Notes: a model not told the origin generated them from the sequence alone. 64,000 nt of DNA from Harriotta raleighana (GCA_050575255.1 JBNZDD010013511.1:14091-78090); one strand, 5' to 3'. Counted from the first letter of the stretch, positions 1 to 14,947 are shown. A program made the numbers and translations.

Positions 1-1611
1 AGGGATTATTATTAGGGGTGTGGTATGTGTGTGGAGTAAGGAAACTTGCCCAAGGTTTCACCCTGACCTGGCTGGATTTGAAATTGATTTAGCAAGACCG
101 TGGAGGTCTTTAAAGCCGAAGATCTCGAACTCGATCCTCGGCGGGACGGGGGGGACAGTGAAGCCAGACGAGGATGGGGTAATCGCCCCACGGAGCGTAG
201 TGAGGGAAAGGAAACTTCGGAGATATAGAAGTACACCCAGTAGATTGTTAGTCGGTTGATTAGTGGATTGCTTTCCATGGGTAATAATCCCTTCGAAATA
301 TGACTCAATCCACGGCTGTTTGGGGGACGCTGCTGCGTGCAATTGGGAAGCGAGTGACTGCATTGAGTGTCTCCATCTCGACGGAAAGCCGTGTGGAAGC
401 CAGCAGAATATTTGCTGCCTCCCAGGCACTCTGAAGTGAATTGCTGTTTAACTATTTATGGAGGTGAGCTGTAGAGGTGTCAGGGAACTGGCGAGTTGGT
501 CTCCAGTATTTCCACTCAGGATTGCAGTGATCTGCGAAGCAAAGTCGCCCCTTTCTGACCAGTTTCCGGAATCGGTTTCAAACGAGGAGGAGCTGGTTTC
601 TGGCCCGTGTCAAGATGACACTCCAGGAGCTGAACCTTAACTGTCCACAGGTGTTGCCCTGAATTAAGAATTCGCTTGGCGAGAGGAGGAGATGAGGAGG
701 TGGGGCGATGTGGGGTAGAGTTCCAGCGTGAACGCCAGTAATGCAATGCACATTCAACAGCTGGCCTGCAGTGTAGCTGGCTGTTGTCTCATGGTACAAA
801 CCAGTCAAAGGTTTTATTACGCGACAGACCAACCAGTCAATTATTAATGGCTGTGAGCTCAGTGTGTGCGGGTGTGTTGTGTGGAGAAAGAGTCACAAGC
901 AGGTTTCCGTACAGTTCACTGACACTTCACAATAATAATAATTTGTGCTTTTGATATAGCGCTTTTCATGTCTTCTAGACATCTCAAAGGGCTTCACAGA
1001 ATATACTTTAAAGAGAACTGACTGTATACATGTGGGCGAAACTATTCCTTCCCTATTAATACTGAAGCTATATGGGATGGGGGAAAAAAAGCCATATTAA
1101 AAAAAGTTATATTAAAAATCATCAGTAAAAGAACATACCTCCTATGGCTAAGTAGGGATTATGGATTTTTTTGGGTGGACGGGAGGTGTTTTATTACAGC
1201 ACTTTATCACATTGTTGAGACATCTCAAAAAGCTTTGCAGAGTATACTGTAAAGTGAATTGACGAGATTAGGCGCTACATCAAACGCAGTGATTTTTAAA
1301 ATTATTTTTCTTCTCAAGACTTTTCATTACTTTTCATTCAGTGCTTGTGAAATCGAAGTAGCTCGGATCTCACATATTCTATTTTTCCCCCGTCAAAGCT
1401 ATGGCTGAAGTGAGATGACGGAATGTTTGTCGGCAGCGATCTGTGGGCGAGAGGTGCAATTTCTATAAGTAATGAATATAGTGCTGTGTGGCTGTCGAGG
1501 GTATAGAGAGCCGCTGGTCGTAATTCTCAGCCACTTTCTTTCCAGACCCGGTTATAATAACTCACTGAGTGTGAGCTTAGCGGGGTGGCTGTTTGACAGA
1601 GGGTTAATACA

Positions 1612-1976
1612 TCCTGTGGCTCAGTGGTTAGAGCACTTGCCTCGCAAGCAAGAGACCTGGGTTTGATTCCTGGCAGGGCCAAACGTTGGGCAAGTTGCGT
1701 TACTCCGAACGCCTCGGTTTACCCAGCAGCAAGTAGGAACCCAGTTGTTAGTCGTTGGGCAGATCGTTTTTCTGGGGGTAATAATTCCTTGAAAAAAATA
1801 ATGAATCGGTCACTTCAACCCGCGACTGTTTGTGGGGACGCTGCCGTGTACAATTGGCTGCCGCATTTGGCCCACAAACTATGCCGTCAATTTACTTTAC
1901 GGGATATTCTGTGAAGCCCTGTAAGATGTCTCGGAAGATGTGATAAGCCACCGTATCAAATGCAAGGATTGTTATT
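1612..1976 (+). mobile_element. tRNA-derived SINE, long-middle subfamily
   Basis: A-box TGGCTCAGTGGTTAGAGC, B-box-like GGTTTGATTCC, extra middle segment (agtaggaacccagttg...gggtaataat), and the body and L2-like tail shared with other copies. Confidence 0.85.
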
Positions 1977-2048
1977 CATTCTCATATGCCTTGGAGTCAT
2001 TTTCTTTCCTGTGCTTTTCTTCTTGTTCCCCCCCCCACTTCCCCACAG

Positions 2049-2190
2049 TTCACAGAGGAGAAGCTTGGCCAGGCAGAGGTGACCGAGCTCGATGCCCACT
2101 TTGAGAATCTCCTGACCCGTGCCGACAGCACCAAAAACTGGACTGAGAAGATCCTCCGGCAGACAGAAGTCCTGCTTCAACCCAACCCAA
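2049..2190 (+). CDS. SH3GLB2: SH3GLB2 coding exon (FTEEKLGQAEVTELDAHFENLL...LQPNP)
   Basis: cag| acceptor, |gtaaga donor, 142 nt, BAR domain start. Confidence 0.95.
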
Positions 2191-2989
2191 GTAAGACCGG
2201 CCAGAGGACGTTTTAACGGTGGTTTGTGGGGCGACGTGAAGCAGAAACAGAAACATTCTGTCTCTAGTTGACGAATGCTGTACATGTCCATTGTTGAAGT
2301 GCCCACACTTGTGGCTCAGCGGTCAGAGCACTTGCTTCATAGGTGAGAGACCTGAGGTTCGATTCCTGGCAGCTCAGCTCAGCTCAGGGCGAAACCTTGG
2401 GCAATTGGCTGCCACGTTTCACCCACACATATACAGTCAATTCACTTTACAGCATATTCCGTGCAGCGCTTTGAGACGTCTAGAAGGCAAGAAAAGCGCT
2501 CTTATTCAAATGCAATGATTATTATTAGTGTTAATAATACAGCAGAACGAACCAGATACCATGAAGGGCATCACGTCAGCAGAACTCAACTGCACCATTG
2601 GAACTGTCCAATTATCCTGATCTCTTTACACAGAGAGTAATCAACAACAGGAGCAGGCAACTAGCAAATGTGGGAGAGGCCAGGGCACCAGGGTGAGGGT
2701 TGAGGGGGGGATCAGTAATGGTGGGTGTCTGTAGGGATGAGATTAGATAGGCTGACAGGCCTTTTTCATATTCCAGCGCCTTGGGATGTATTCCGGACGT
2801 GAAAGGTGCTATACAAATATAATTTTGTTGTTGTTCTCATGCACTGAGGTGTCAGCTGGGTTTGTTTGTTAGCACGCTCACGTCCCAGTCAGAAGGACTC
2901 GAGACTCATGTTTGCATAGTCTAGATCTGTTTATATCGAAGATGTTAAAGCAAAGGTTCTACAAAAAAAAACACATAACTAAAATCTCA

Positions 2990-3020
<31 letters not shown>

Positions 3021-6000
3021 CGGGTGGGTTGGGGGGCAGGATGGGGGGGAAAGGGGAGAAAGAATCAAACAGACTCAACGTTAAGGCTGATCACCTTTCA
3101 GATGACTCAGAAACTGGGAGAGGAACTCATGTGATAGATTGACTGCCTGGGTGTGTGTGTGTGCTGGTAAAACAGAGCTCGACCAGACTGCTTCACAAAA
3201 GGTTAGATTACACCGAAACTTGGAAGGAAAGGAATGAAAAGGTGTGAACCGATTAATCATTACGGCAGGAAATTAAGACAGAACTAGCTGACCTTCAGCG
3301 CTAGACAGGGTGCAGCGCAGTCAGCCACTAACCCCCCCCCCCCCCCCCCCCACCACTTGCATTTACACAGCGCCCTACACGCCGAGTGACGTCTCGGAGA
3401 GCTTCATCCAGGGTGGGCATTGAGGGAGTACTGAGTGCATTTTAATACAAGGACGAGGGTAGCTAGTGAACCATCAGCACTGGCACAGGCCTCAGTACAG
3501 CACACCTTGCCTTCCAGCTGGGGTTGGGGCTGTCGTGTCACGTGGATGGATAATCTAGAGCAATGGGTGTGAACCCAAAGTTAGGCCAAGTCGGATAGCT
3601 GCATTCTCTCACGGAAAAGCATTGCAGATGCTGGAAATCTGAAATGAAAACAGATGTCGCTGGGAACACTCAGCAGGTTCTGGCAACATGTATGAAGCAC
3701 TCACTTCCTCAAACAAAAAAAAACACGCCCGACCCCATCCGATTGTGATTTGGATCTCCAAATAGCGCTGAGCCATGGACGAGTGCAGTGTTCTACTTCA
3801 AGCACCTCACCTCAAACAGTCTGCCTGGTCACCTTTCTACCACCCTGCCCCTGGCTCGGTCCCGGGATCCGCTATTGTGAAGCGCTCTGAGACGCCGTCC
3901 GGCGTGGAGGGCGCTAGATAAATCAAAGTTGTTGTTGTTGTTGTGCTGCAACTCCCTAGCATGTCCTAAATAATAATAATAATCCTTGCATTTGATATAG
4001 CGCTTTTCACATCTTCTAAACATCTCAACGGGCTTCACAGAATATACTGTAAAGTGAATCGACTGTATTTTGTGAAAGAGCACCCACAAATTTCACTGTA
4101 ATTTTTTGTGGGCGAAACGCGGCAGCCAATTGCGCACAGCAGCAGCGTCCCACAAACAGACGAGGATTGAATTGACCAAATTACTACTACTTTTTTTTCC
4201 TTGGGGGATTATTGTCAGGCATGTGGAGTGAGGAAACTTGCCCTTGGTTTTGCCCTGACCTGCCTAGAATCGAACACAGGTCTCACGCTTGTAAGGCGAG
4301 TGCTCTAACCACTGAGCTACAAGACTCCACTGTATCATTCTGTTGAAGGGCCAATAAATAATACATCTTTCCTGAGGTGCGATGCCTAAAAAAATCATTT
4401 TTTGGATGCCCCCACCCCCAAAAAAGCAATGTATTGTACATGATGGGGGAATGTTGCAAATCAAGTGGAAAGTAGTTTGTTTCAAGCCTCAATATTCTGC
4501 TTCTCGGGAATCATCTACGCACTCAGACGCAGGAAGGTCGGTGACTTTTTAATCGCGGAGGGTTTTCACCTTAACCCGCCGTCGATTGCTTTTCGGGAAT
4601 GGGAGGACACAGCACTTAGTTTTGGGATGTGGGTCGAGCATTAATAGTGGGACTGTCCACAGCAACGCTGCAAAAGCGTCAGTCTGTATCCGTTTTAGCC
4701 AGAGACGAAACCTGACTAAAGTGGTCACGGGTTGAAGTGAATACAGACTGATGCTCGTGTAATTGTTGCTGGAAGATTCATGTCTTTTCTAAGGTGGGTG
4801 AGACACTGTGCTTGTCGTCTGAAGTTCCATTCGCAGGTTAATACTTTATATTTTTTTCTAACAGCGTCTGTAACCTTGAACGACTCAAAGTGCTGGAACA
4901 AAGTTCCTGTGGCATGTAGCAATGGCTGTGTATTTGTAGACTGTAAGGAGGCGGCCAATTTTCGCGTAACAATTTGTAACACAGCTTCCCAGCATCGAAT
5001 ATATAAAATACCTCATCCATCCAGAGTACAGGATGTGTACAATTGATTTGCCCTCGCCTTGTGTCGGGAGCTGATTGGTAAAATGCCCGTAATACTGTAG
5101 GGAAAGTAGATTTCTGCCAATGTCCCAGACAACTGTCCCCAAGCTGTTCACTGCTTGCGCTGCAGTGCTGGTCTGTGTTTTATTTTTCAATGTTATTATT
5201 TTTGGGGGGAAAAAAGCCGCTGCGCTTGACATTAAATACACTCTCGATATTTTGAGTTCTAGGGTGATATGAAATATCTATAAATTCTTCCCTTCCTCCT
5301 GCCCCCCACCCCCTTTCCTCCCCCCCCCTCTCCCTCCACCCCTCCATCCACCCCACTTTCAGGTGCCAGGATTGAAGAATTTCTTTATGAAAAACTTGAC
5401 AGGAAGATTCCCTCGCGGATCACCAATGGCGAGCTCCTGGGACAGTATATGATTGACGCAGCCAGCGAGTTTGGCCCAGGAACCCCTTATGGTGAGTGTT
5501 TGTTTCAATTCCTCAGTCAATTCAGCGTTCCCTCAGTACAATTTGGAGTCCTGTAGCTCAGTTAGAGCACTCGCCTTACAAGCAGTGTTCAAATCCAGGC
5601 AGGACAGGGCAAAACCTTGGCCAAGTTTCCTTACTCCACACACACACATGCCTAATAATAATCCCTCAAAAACACCCTCAATATTAAATATTGAATTTCA
5701 ATCTAGGACTGTTTGGGGACACTGTTGTGTGCAATTGGCTGCCGCGTTTCTCCCACAAATATATAGTCAATTCACTTTACAGTATATTCTGTAAAGCGCT
5801 TTGAGAAGCCTAGAAGATGTGAAAAGTACAGTACAATATCAAATGCAATTATTATTACAATACAGAATTAGATTTGTATAGCGCTTTTCATGTTGGCAGG
5901 ACGTCCCAGGGCGGTGGGCAGCCAAGGATTTGGAACCGAGATTGTCTCATAAAGCGACTGAATGTCCCCTTCCCCCCACCCATATGTTTCCCCCCCCCTC

Positions 6001-8799
6001 AAAAAAAAACTATAGTTTTCATTGTTATTTGACTCTCCAAAGGTTTTCTTTTTAATCAATCTAAGGCGGAAGAACATGTAAGGAGAGAAGTTCAGAGATG
6101 CGATGCCCGTAGAAATATCTATTAAAATGGAAAGTGTTCAAAATGCAGCGGGGATGGAGGCTAGACTCTAGCAATTAGTTAACGGAGAAATGAAGAATAT
6201 TGACCCGAAGAACGGGTGGGAAATTGTGTTGTCTTGAGTGTCACGGAGGCCACAAGAAATTTAAAATGTTCCCGATCTTTCCGAACCTGCTTTGTCCATC
6301 TCTAGGGAAATGGATTCGAAACCGGCGTTCAATTAGTCACACACTGAACCAGTGTTAATAACATTGATTGCTCTGCCTCTTATTTTGTCTGTGTGTGTGT
6401 ATGTGTGTGTTTGTGTTTAAAAAAAAGTGAGGACCCCCATCCCACACTTGGCATTATCCCTGAACTGACTTGAGCTTCCAGGGCTGGTCAATGATGGTTT
6501 AAACACCTTTTAAATTGATGTCTTATTGTGAGTAATGGATGGTAATCCCATTACCCTAGCAACAGCTCAGCACCATGTTGTGGAGCTGGTAATCGTAATG
6601 GAGAATGTTAGGTCCTCTGCTCATTGAATGCTATCATTGATCAGTGAATGATCATTGGTTTTAACTCTGTTAAATCCATCCAACTGTCCCTCCGTCTCGC
6701 CTCTTCCCCCTCGCCTCCTTCAAGACCCGCATCAAGGCTCTCCTCTTTGACCGTGCTTTAAATCAACCTCCTCCCTTTCTTTCTCCTCGATCCCTAACCC
6801 CATCTCGGGGCCGGAATATTATCTGTCCAGCGCCTTGGGACGTCCTCCCGGCGTGAAAGTCATTATACACATGTAATTTTGTTGTTGTTGTAGTTGTGTC
6901 TTATCTACTGGAAGGGGCATGTTGTGGTGAATGGGTGGGTGAGGGTTGTCTCTCTGTCTCTCCAGGTGGGTTGGTGGGGTGGCAGGGGTTGTTCGATGTG
7001 TGTCTCAAGCTGTTTTCTTTAAGATTTATTCTTCCTCCCCTCAAATTAGTCTACAAACTTGGGTTGCCCGGCCAAAATGAATCGTTATTGAACTTTAGAT
7101 TTAGTCTAAATCAAGGGGTGGGTTTGGTGACTGGATTCACGTGTGTTTCGTGAATCTGCAATCTGCCAGTGGGCTGCATTCTAATTGTTTGCGGGGGGAA
7201 AAAAAAAAAAAATTTTAGTAGGTAAATTGCAGGTCTGTTTATTCTCCAGTGAAAACCCAAACAAACTTAAGTGCTCCCGGTACCATGCTACGCCATATCA
7301 TTTTACAGTCCCAGCCCAGTAATTGCTCTTCCTGCTCAGAGGCAATCCATTTTCCTTTTATTTGGGAGCTGGGTTTTAGGCTGAAGGTTTTTATTTTTAA
7401 CTGTTTTAAGGCTGCAACAATCTGGCACCACGTGTGTGTGTGTCTGTCTGGGAATCAGTACAGTCCGGGAGAGTTTGCGCTGACCAACAATAACAGCAAC
7501 AGCTTGGTTTTCGTAGAGCGCCCTCCGTGCCGGACGGGGTCTCAGAGTGCTTCCATGGCTGGCCAGTCTGACACAGGGTATCAGAGAAACAGGACTAGGC
7601 CAGTCAACCCTTCAAACCTGTTCCGCCATTCTATAAGATCATGGCTGATCTGCAACTCAAGTCAAATTATCTGCTCTTCCTTCGTATCATAGAATGTTCC
7701 GGCACAGAAGGAGGCCATTCGGCCCATCGAGTCTGTGCTGACTCTCTGACAGAGCAATGTCACTTTTATTAACCCCAATCACCAGCTTTCTCCCCATAAC
7801 CCTGCAAGCCCGTCTCCCCCAGATACCTATCCAGTTCTCTCTTAAAAGCTGCTATCGAATCGGACCTCACTACCCTTTCAGGCAGATCATTCCAAATTCA
7901 AACAATTCGCTGAGTGAAAAAATGTCTTCTAACCTCCCCTCTGCTTCTTTTGGTAGCTATCTTAAGACTGTGACACACCTACTAGCGGAAACAGCTTTTC
8001 CCTATCCAGCTTGTGGAAACCTTTCATGATCTTTAAGACCTCTATCAAGGTCCCCGCGTAATCTTCTCTGCTCTCTGCTCCCTTGATGCCCTGATCTAAC
8101 AAATATCTATCTATCTCAGCCTGGAGAATGTGAATGGATACAGCCTTTTGGAAGAGAGAGTTCCAGATTTCCAGTACCTTTTTCCCTCCCCACTGCCCCT
8201 CTCCCTTCCTTGGGACTGTTCAGCACCTTGGGACGTCCTCCTGACTTGAAAGGCGCTCTATAAATGTAATTTTGTTGTTATTGTTTTGGGTGGAAAAACT
8301 GCCTCCTAATTTTGCTCCTAAATGGCCTAGCTCTAATGTTAAGATTATGCCCTCCCCCCCACCTCCGTTCTGGATTGCCCCCACCAGAAGAAGTAGTTTC
8401 TCTGTATCGACCCTCTCAATTTTCTTTATTATTTCAAAATAAAGGGATTCGATCGGGTTCCAACAATAGCAGGTGAACACAGCGTTGAACTGGATCCTAA
8501 CCCACTGAACTTGGCAACGGGTTTATATTCAAGAACCTTTTAATCTGTGACTATTACACAGACAGCACAACACATGGGGGTGTGGAAGTGGGGTGGGCGG
8601 GGGGAGAGAAAGAAGGATTTGAACAGTATGAAGGCGTAACCTACCCTAGGGGTGAATGGTTCGCAAACTACTTTTCCTCCTTGGTGATGTTATACTCTGG
8701 TGATGTTTTGCTCTGGCTCATTGTGAACCGAGGAGAAATGAGCCTTCGCTCATCGCTGTTGTTTGTGTGGCAGCGAGTCTTATTACAGAGCAATCTTTG

Positions 8800-8836
<37 letters not shown>

Positions 8837-9919
8837 GGGGGTTTCGCTTCCCTTAATTTCCTTCCTCGCTTATCGCTCCATTCAGCCGTGANGAGGGAGT
8901 TTTTTTTTTTCGCTTCCCTTAATTTCCTTCCTCGCTTATCGCTCCATTCAGCCGTGACCAAGACGAAATCTGCACTCGTGTCAAAATGCCTCTTGTCGGC
9001 TTTGCCCTCCCTCCCCCCAAGGCGGTGGCTTCCCAAACATTAAATAGCGGCACCTTCCCCTAACTCAGCAAAGCTTTCGTTGACCGCCACGCCCCCCCCC
9101 ACCCCACCACCACCCCCTCCTTCACACTCAGCTCCACACACTCGAGTCCACGACTCCACATGCATTTGGGAGCTCAAGACTCTAAGGTTTCCCCCCCCCC
9201 CCCCCAGTCAATTGCACACAGCAGTGTCCTCATTAACATTCGTGGATTGAAATGACCAATTTATTATAGTTTTTATTTGTGGAGGGATTATTATTAGGCT
9301 CGCGCGTGCGTGTGTGTGTGCGTGTGTGTGTCTGCGTGGAGTAAGGAAACTTGCCCAAGGTTTCGCCCTGACCTGCCTGGATTCGAACACAGGTCTCAAT
9401 GCTTGTCAGGTGGGCGCTCTAACCACTGAGCTAACAGGACTCCTCAGCGCAGTAGAATTACCATATCTCCAGCATCTATTTCCCAATGGATTATTCATTT
9501 AGAGGCGTTTCATTAACGAAACCATTAAAGTTGATGTTGATTGGATGGGGGAGTAACATTCCTCACCTAATACAATATCTTTTAATTTCCCTCCCCCCCC
9601 CCCCATCTCTCTCTCTCTCCCTCTCTCTCTCTCTCTGTCTCGTTCCCATCCACAACTAGAATTGGGAGAGGAGAGTGCCACTTAGGGAGAGGAGGAGGAG
9701 GAGGAGGAGGAAGATAGGGCTAGATGACACTGGTTGCCCAGACACACTAGAAGAGCAATGAGCTGCTGCTCTCTTGTACACTCCCAATAAATGCAGCTAA
9801 TCTCACAAACTGCGCTGGCTGTTGGCATGGGGATTCGACACCTCCCTGTGGTATGGCAAGATGCGTGTTTGCAGCTCGTTGCACATTACTGTGTGACGTC
9901 CTCCCCCACACAGCTGCAC

Positions 9920-10007
<88 letters not shown>

Positions 10008-13000
10008 NAACCTGGATTGCACATCCTCCCTCCCTCTCCCTGACCTGACCCCCCCCACCCCCACCTCCTCCCCTCACACGCTCTCCCGTCCCTCCCCCAT
10101 TCGTCAACTGATGCTGGCGTTGTGGTAATTCTACTGCGTGGAGTCCTGTAGCTCAGTGGTTAGAGCAGTCGCCTCACAAGGGAGTGAGGGAGGGAGGGAG
10201 GGAGGGAGGGGAATAAGAGAGATTCTCCAGATTAAGCCAACATCCATTGGATGAGGAATAACCTCCTTTTTCCCCCATTTATTTTTCTTAAATTTTTTTG
10301 TGTGTGTGTGGTGTGTATGTGTGTCTCTCTCTTGTTCATTTCCCCCACCCCCCTTCCCCCCATATCTCCCCCCCCAATCCACCCAGCACTGACCACAGAT
10401 GCCAAGAGAAAATCTGCAGCTCTGTCTCGCAACACCTACAGAAAATCTGTCCACTTCAATCATGGCCAATAGTTGGGGAATTCACACTGTGTTCAATTTT
10501 TTCTTCAATACATAATCCAGTTTCTGGATCTTCACGCGAGTGTGAGTCACGGGGCTGACCTATTCCAGATCAGTGGCGTTTAATGAACGCTCTAGTGCCC
10601 TGCCTGAAAGATATTAATGATTGCCGAGTATACAGAACTGACCCTTGCTGATACCAGACATTTCCCTCGATGATCCATCTAACCAACCAACAAACCAGCC
10701 GGGCTGCTTTTATGCCTTGGTCCTGACATTTCACCGGCCGGCCTCCATGCTCTTGGATGTCGCTAATCACATAGATGTGTGTCGCGTCTTCTCGATGTAA
10801 TGTGTTTCACGTAATTTGGAGGGGAAGAAAAAATGACCTGCCCTGATTACTGGTCTCTCTGGTCTGTAATTTATTCCCGGAGGCCAGTTTGGTTCTGGTC
10901 CTAACTCCGAGGTAGGCAATGTAGAACGCGTGTTGTGTGTGTTGCGGTGGAGTCCTGTAGCTCAGTGGTTAGAGCACTCGCCTTACAAGCGTGAGACCTG
11001 TGTTTCGAATCCAGGCAGGTCAGGGCGAAACCTTGAGCAAGTTTCCTTACTCCACACACACACACACACACACACACACCTAAAAATAATCCCTCGAAAA
11101 CCACAATAATAAAATTGGCCATTTCAATCTACGACTGTTTGTGGGGGACGCTGCGTTTTGCTCACAAATTTACAATCAATTCACTTTACAGTATATTCCG
11201 TGAAGCTCTTTGAGACTCTTGGAGGGATGAATTACAGACTGGAAAAAGCGCTATATCAAATGTCAGGATTATTATTAGTAGTAGTAGTATATAAAGGTTG
11301 AAGGCCAGGATATTGGAATCATTGGAACAAGAAACTGCTTGGTACTGTGGTGGATGGAGAGGAGTGTTGGGATTTTAGAAGGATGAGATCAAGGCCGTTG
11401 TTCATTCGAACCTCTGCTGTGAAGCAGTTGCATGAGAGAGAGAGCGAGAGAGAGAGAGAGACTGGCTACACTCAGCCGGAGCTCTGATTTGAGCGCCCTA
11501 CAGGATGCGATATTTGTTTATATTTGCATTGTAAATATAAAGCCGGACTCACTTGTTCCTCTTTAACATGAGTGGAACAACCTTGCCTCTTAAATGCTCT
11601 GCTCCTGGGTGGAGTAAATAACAATCCTTGCATTTGATTACAGCGCCTTCTCGTGTCCTTCGAGATGTCTCAAAGCGCTTCACAGGATATACAGTCCTGT
11701 ACTGTGAATTGACCATGTTTTGCGCGGAGCAAAAGACTAGTTGGTCGAAACGGTTGGTTGGTGTTCCTGTGATGTGCAGTCTATGTAAATCTTGTCGAGC
11801 GATATGAGACTCGCCCTCTGTGTATTGCCCTTGCAGACACTATAAACTGTAGCTCCTGTAGCTCAGTGGTTAGAGCACTCGCCTTACAAGTGTGAGACCT
11901 GTGTTCAAATCTAGGCAGGTCAGGGCGAAACCATGGCCAAGTTTCCTTACTCCACACGCACACACACACACACACGCGCACGCACGCACGCACGCATACA
12001 CACATAATAATAATAATCCATCCCCAAAAAAACTCATGACTATTTGTGGGGGATGCTGCTGTGTGCAATTGGCTGCCCCGTTTCGCCCACAAATATACAG
12101 TCGATTCACTTCACAGGATATTCTGTGAAGCGCTTTGAGACGTTGATATGATGTGGAAAAAGCGCTACATCAAATGCAAAGATTATTATTATTATTATAA
12201 AGATACTGGTCTCCGTCTCTCTCTCTCCCCCCCCCCCCCCGCAGGCAGCACCCTCATTAAAGTTGGCGAGACCCAGAGGCGCCTGGGAGGGGCTGACCGG
12301 GATTTCATCCATTCGTCTATGATCAACTTCCTCACCCCACTCCGCAACTTCCTGGAGGGAGACTGGAAGACTATAACGGTGCGATTTGTTTCTTGACTTT
12401 CAACTTTCCCTCCTCCCACCGATGTCCCAGGACACTGAACAGTCAGGTCGGGACCCAAGCAAAGTGGGAGAGGGGCAGCGTGGGGTGGCGGGGGGGGGAG
12501 AGGGGGCGGGAGAGAGTTAGAAAGGGAGGGAGAGAGTCGGGAGAGCAGCAGCGGGAGCGAACTGCCAATGGACCGGATAACGACCGGCTGACTGTTCCTT
12601 CGACAGAGAGAGAGAAGACTCTTGCAGAACAGACGCCTGGACCTGGATGCCACCAAAGCCAGATTAAAGAAAGCCAAGGCGGCCGAGGCCAAGGTAGCAG
12701 TAAGTATCCCTTAACCGTACTCAATCGCTACCTCTGTTCATTACCCCCCCCCCTCTCACTCTCTCTCCTGCTCTCTCTCTCTCCAAATGCCGTGAAAACA
12801 TTATACATTTGGCGAGCCATGCCCCGAGATGCGTTACGTTTGTGCGATCCTCACTGGGACGGAAACTGACTGCCGGCGTATTCGCACTCACTCAAAAGAC
12901 TCAACATTCGCTAGTTGTTCCGTTCGTCTGTTGTTCACTAACATTCCTGTTTGTCTCAGTCGCCCACCCCCCCACCCCCACTCCCCCTCGTGAGCATTGT

Positions 13001-14913
13001 TCCCACTGACCAGTGTCTTTTCTGTTGTGTTCTGCGCAGTGTGAGGGAGAAGTGAGTACTGTCTTTGTGTGTGTTTTGTGTGTTTTGTTTGTTTTTGTTC
13101 CTCGTCTCTTTCTCTCTCTCTCGCTCACGCGCTCTCTCCGCGATCTGATTTTCCTAGAACATTCTCGAAGGATGTGTTTTTTGTTTAACTCATTCACTAC
13201 CCGGCCATTTGAAGCCGGTTAACTCATTCACTGCTGTACAGTTACGACGATAAGTGCTTCACAGGAGCCCTCGGACACCGCAACTGAGACGTTGCCAAAG
13301 TAGGTGGTGAATGAGGGCGAGCGTGTGTTTCTGTTGCGCCCGTAACGCTGCCGATTTGGTACTTAGACTCCGGAGATGTGCTGAGAACTCGGACTCGTTT
13401 GACCAAGAGTTTTGCGACCGAGTGTGGAAATTCAAAGGGTATTTCTCTCTCCCTAGTCCAAACAAGGCCAACACCCAGCTCCCCAGCCCTCGTAACACAT
13501 TACCCGACTCAGCCTGTGGTCTGGTTTTGCAAGCGTTTGACCTGCAAACTGCTCTCCTCTTGAAGACAAAAACTAGTGCAAATATCTCTCTCTTTTTTGT
13601 AATGAGATAGTGTTTTTCCCTCTCTTTTCTCTCTCCCCCTCTCTCTCTCTCTCTATCTCTCTCATTCTGTTCGCTTTCCTAAATCAGAATATTGAGGATT
13701 ATAAAAATCAGGCTGTATTTCCTGGTTCCAGTATTCAGGTTTTCTTCCATATTTTGACGCTACTTTGGATGAAATCTGCTAATCCCCAAATAGGTTTCCC
13801 TTATTCTGCTTTTCACCTTTTCATGATATTGCAATAATAATCCTTGCCTTATCATGTCTTTGAGACATCTCAAAGTCCTTCGCAGAATCTACTGCAAAGT
13901 ACATTTTTGTGGGTGAAATGCAGCAGCCAATTGTGCACAGAATTGTCCCACAAACAGTGTATTGACTGACCAAATTCTTATTATTTTTTTAAAATGGATT
14001 ATTACCCCCACCCCCCCCAGGAAAAGCGATCCGCCAATTGGGTTCCTACTTGCTGCCAGGTGAATCGTACGGAATAAGGAAACATGGCCAACGTTTTGAC
14101 CTGCCCAGGAATCGATTGATAGATTTTCCCCCCCCCTTACTCTAATGGTTTTATTTGCTCTCTTGATCCACTGAATACACTGATCGGGAATCCGCGGGAA
14201 TCAATGACTTCTGTGCACAATGACTACCCTGTCACCAAGGCACCCCACACAGTCGGTCGGTCTCACGTCACCGCCCCCCCCTCCCCCTCCCCCCCGCCGC
14301 CGCCATATAACTGAGTCCAGTTCCATCGCACATCTCCGTAACCTGGTTGTGTTGAATTAGATCAGAGTGAATTTTGTAGTTGAAACTGACCTTCCTTTTT
14401 TAACCGTGAGAAAATCTCTCCAGACAGTGTGTTTTTGTGCATGATTTTCTGTGTAAACTCTGTTCCCGCCTGTAGACGATGCCTGATTTTCAGGAGACTA
14501 GGCCTCGTAATTACGTGCTGTCAGCCAGTGCATCTGCGGTAAGACATCGCAAAGACCTCGACAATAAATATTCTGCTTTTTTTTTTCCTCTCTCTCTCCC
14601 TACGCTTTCTCCCACCCTCCCCACTCCCACCACCACACATTCTATGCTATATGATTGGTGACTCCTTTTACCAAGCCTTACGTAAGAACATAAGAAATGC
14701 TGGACGAAAAAATAGACCTGGGACCATTGCCTTCCTGGCGGTCACAATTCCTGAACTGCCACGCTTAAATACTTACTTCACTCACTTACATACTTACTTA
14801 CTTACTTAAATCCACCAAAGTTTTGATCCGCAAGTTTTCAATTTGCAAGCCATGACCTTCAGTGAGACACCAAGTACAATCAAAGGCAGATGCTGAGTGT
14901 TTCTGTTCCCTTC

Positions 14914-14947
<34 letters not shown>

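Noticed and set aside
6540-6600. Small nested inverted repeat with X-box-like CCTAGCAAC
   Set aside because: Stems of only 5-6 bp are expected by chance, and there is no other support
8219-8238. REST/RE1-like TTCAGCACCTTGGGACG, plus half-site GGACAGCGCC near 39828
   Set aside because: Half-sites only, with wrong spacing; the first lies inside an L2 tail and the second in repeat-like sequence
9747-10128. Poly-Gly/poly-Pro ORFs
   Set aside because: Translations of a poly-C run next to an N; not coding
10950-11020. tRNA-Val-like sequence with A and B boxes (and similar heads elsewhere)
   Set aside because: No acceptor-stem closure or terminator; it continues into the SINE body, so it is a SINE head rather than a tRNA gene
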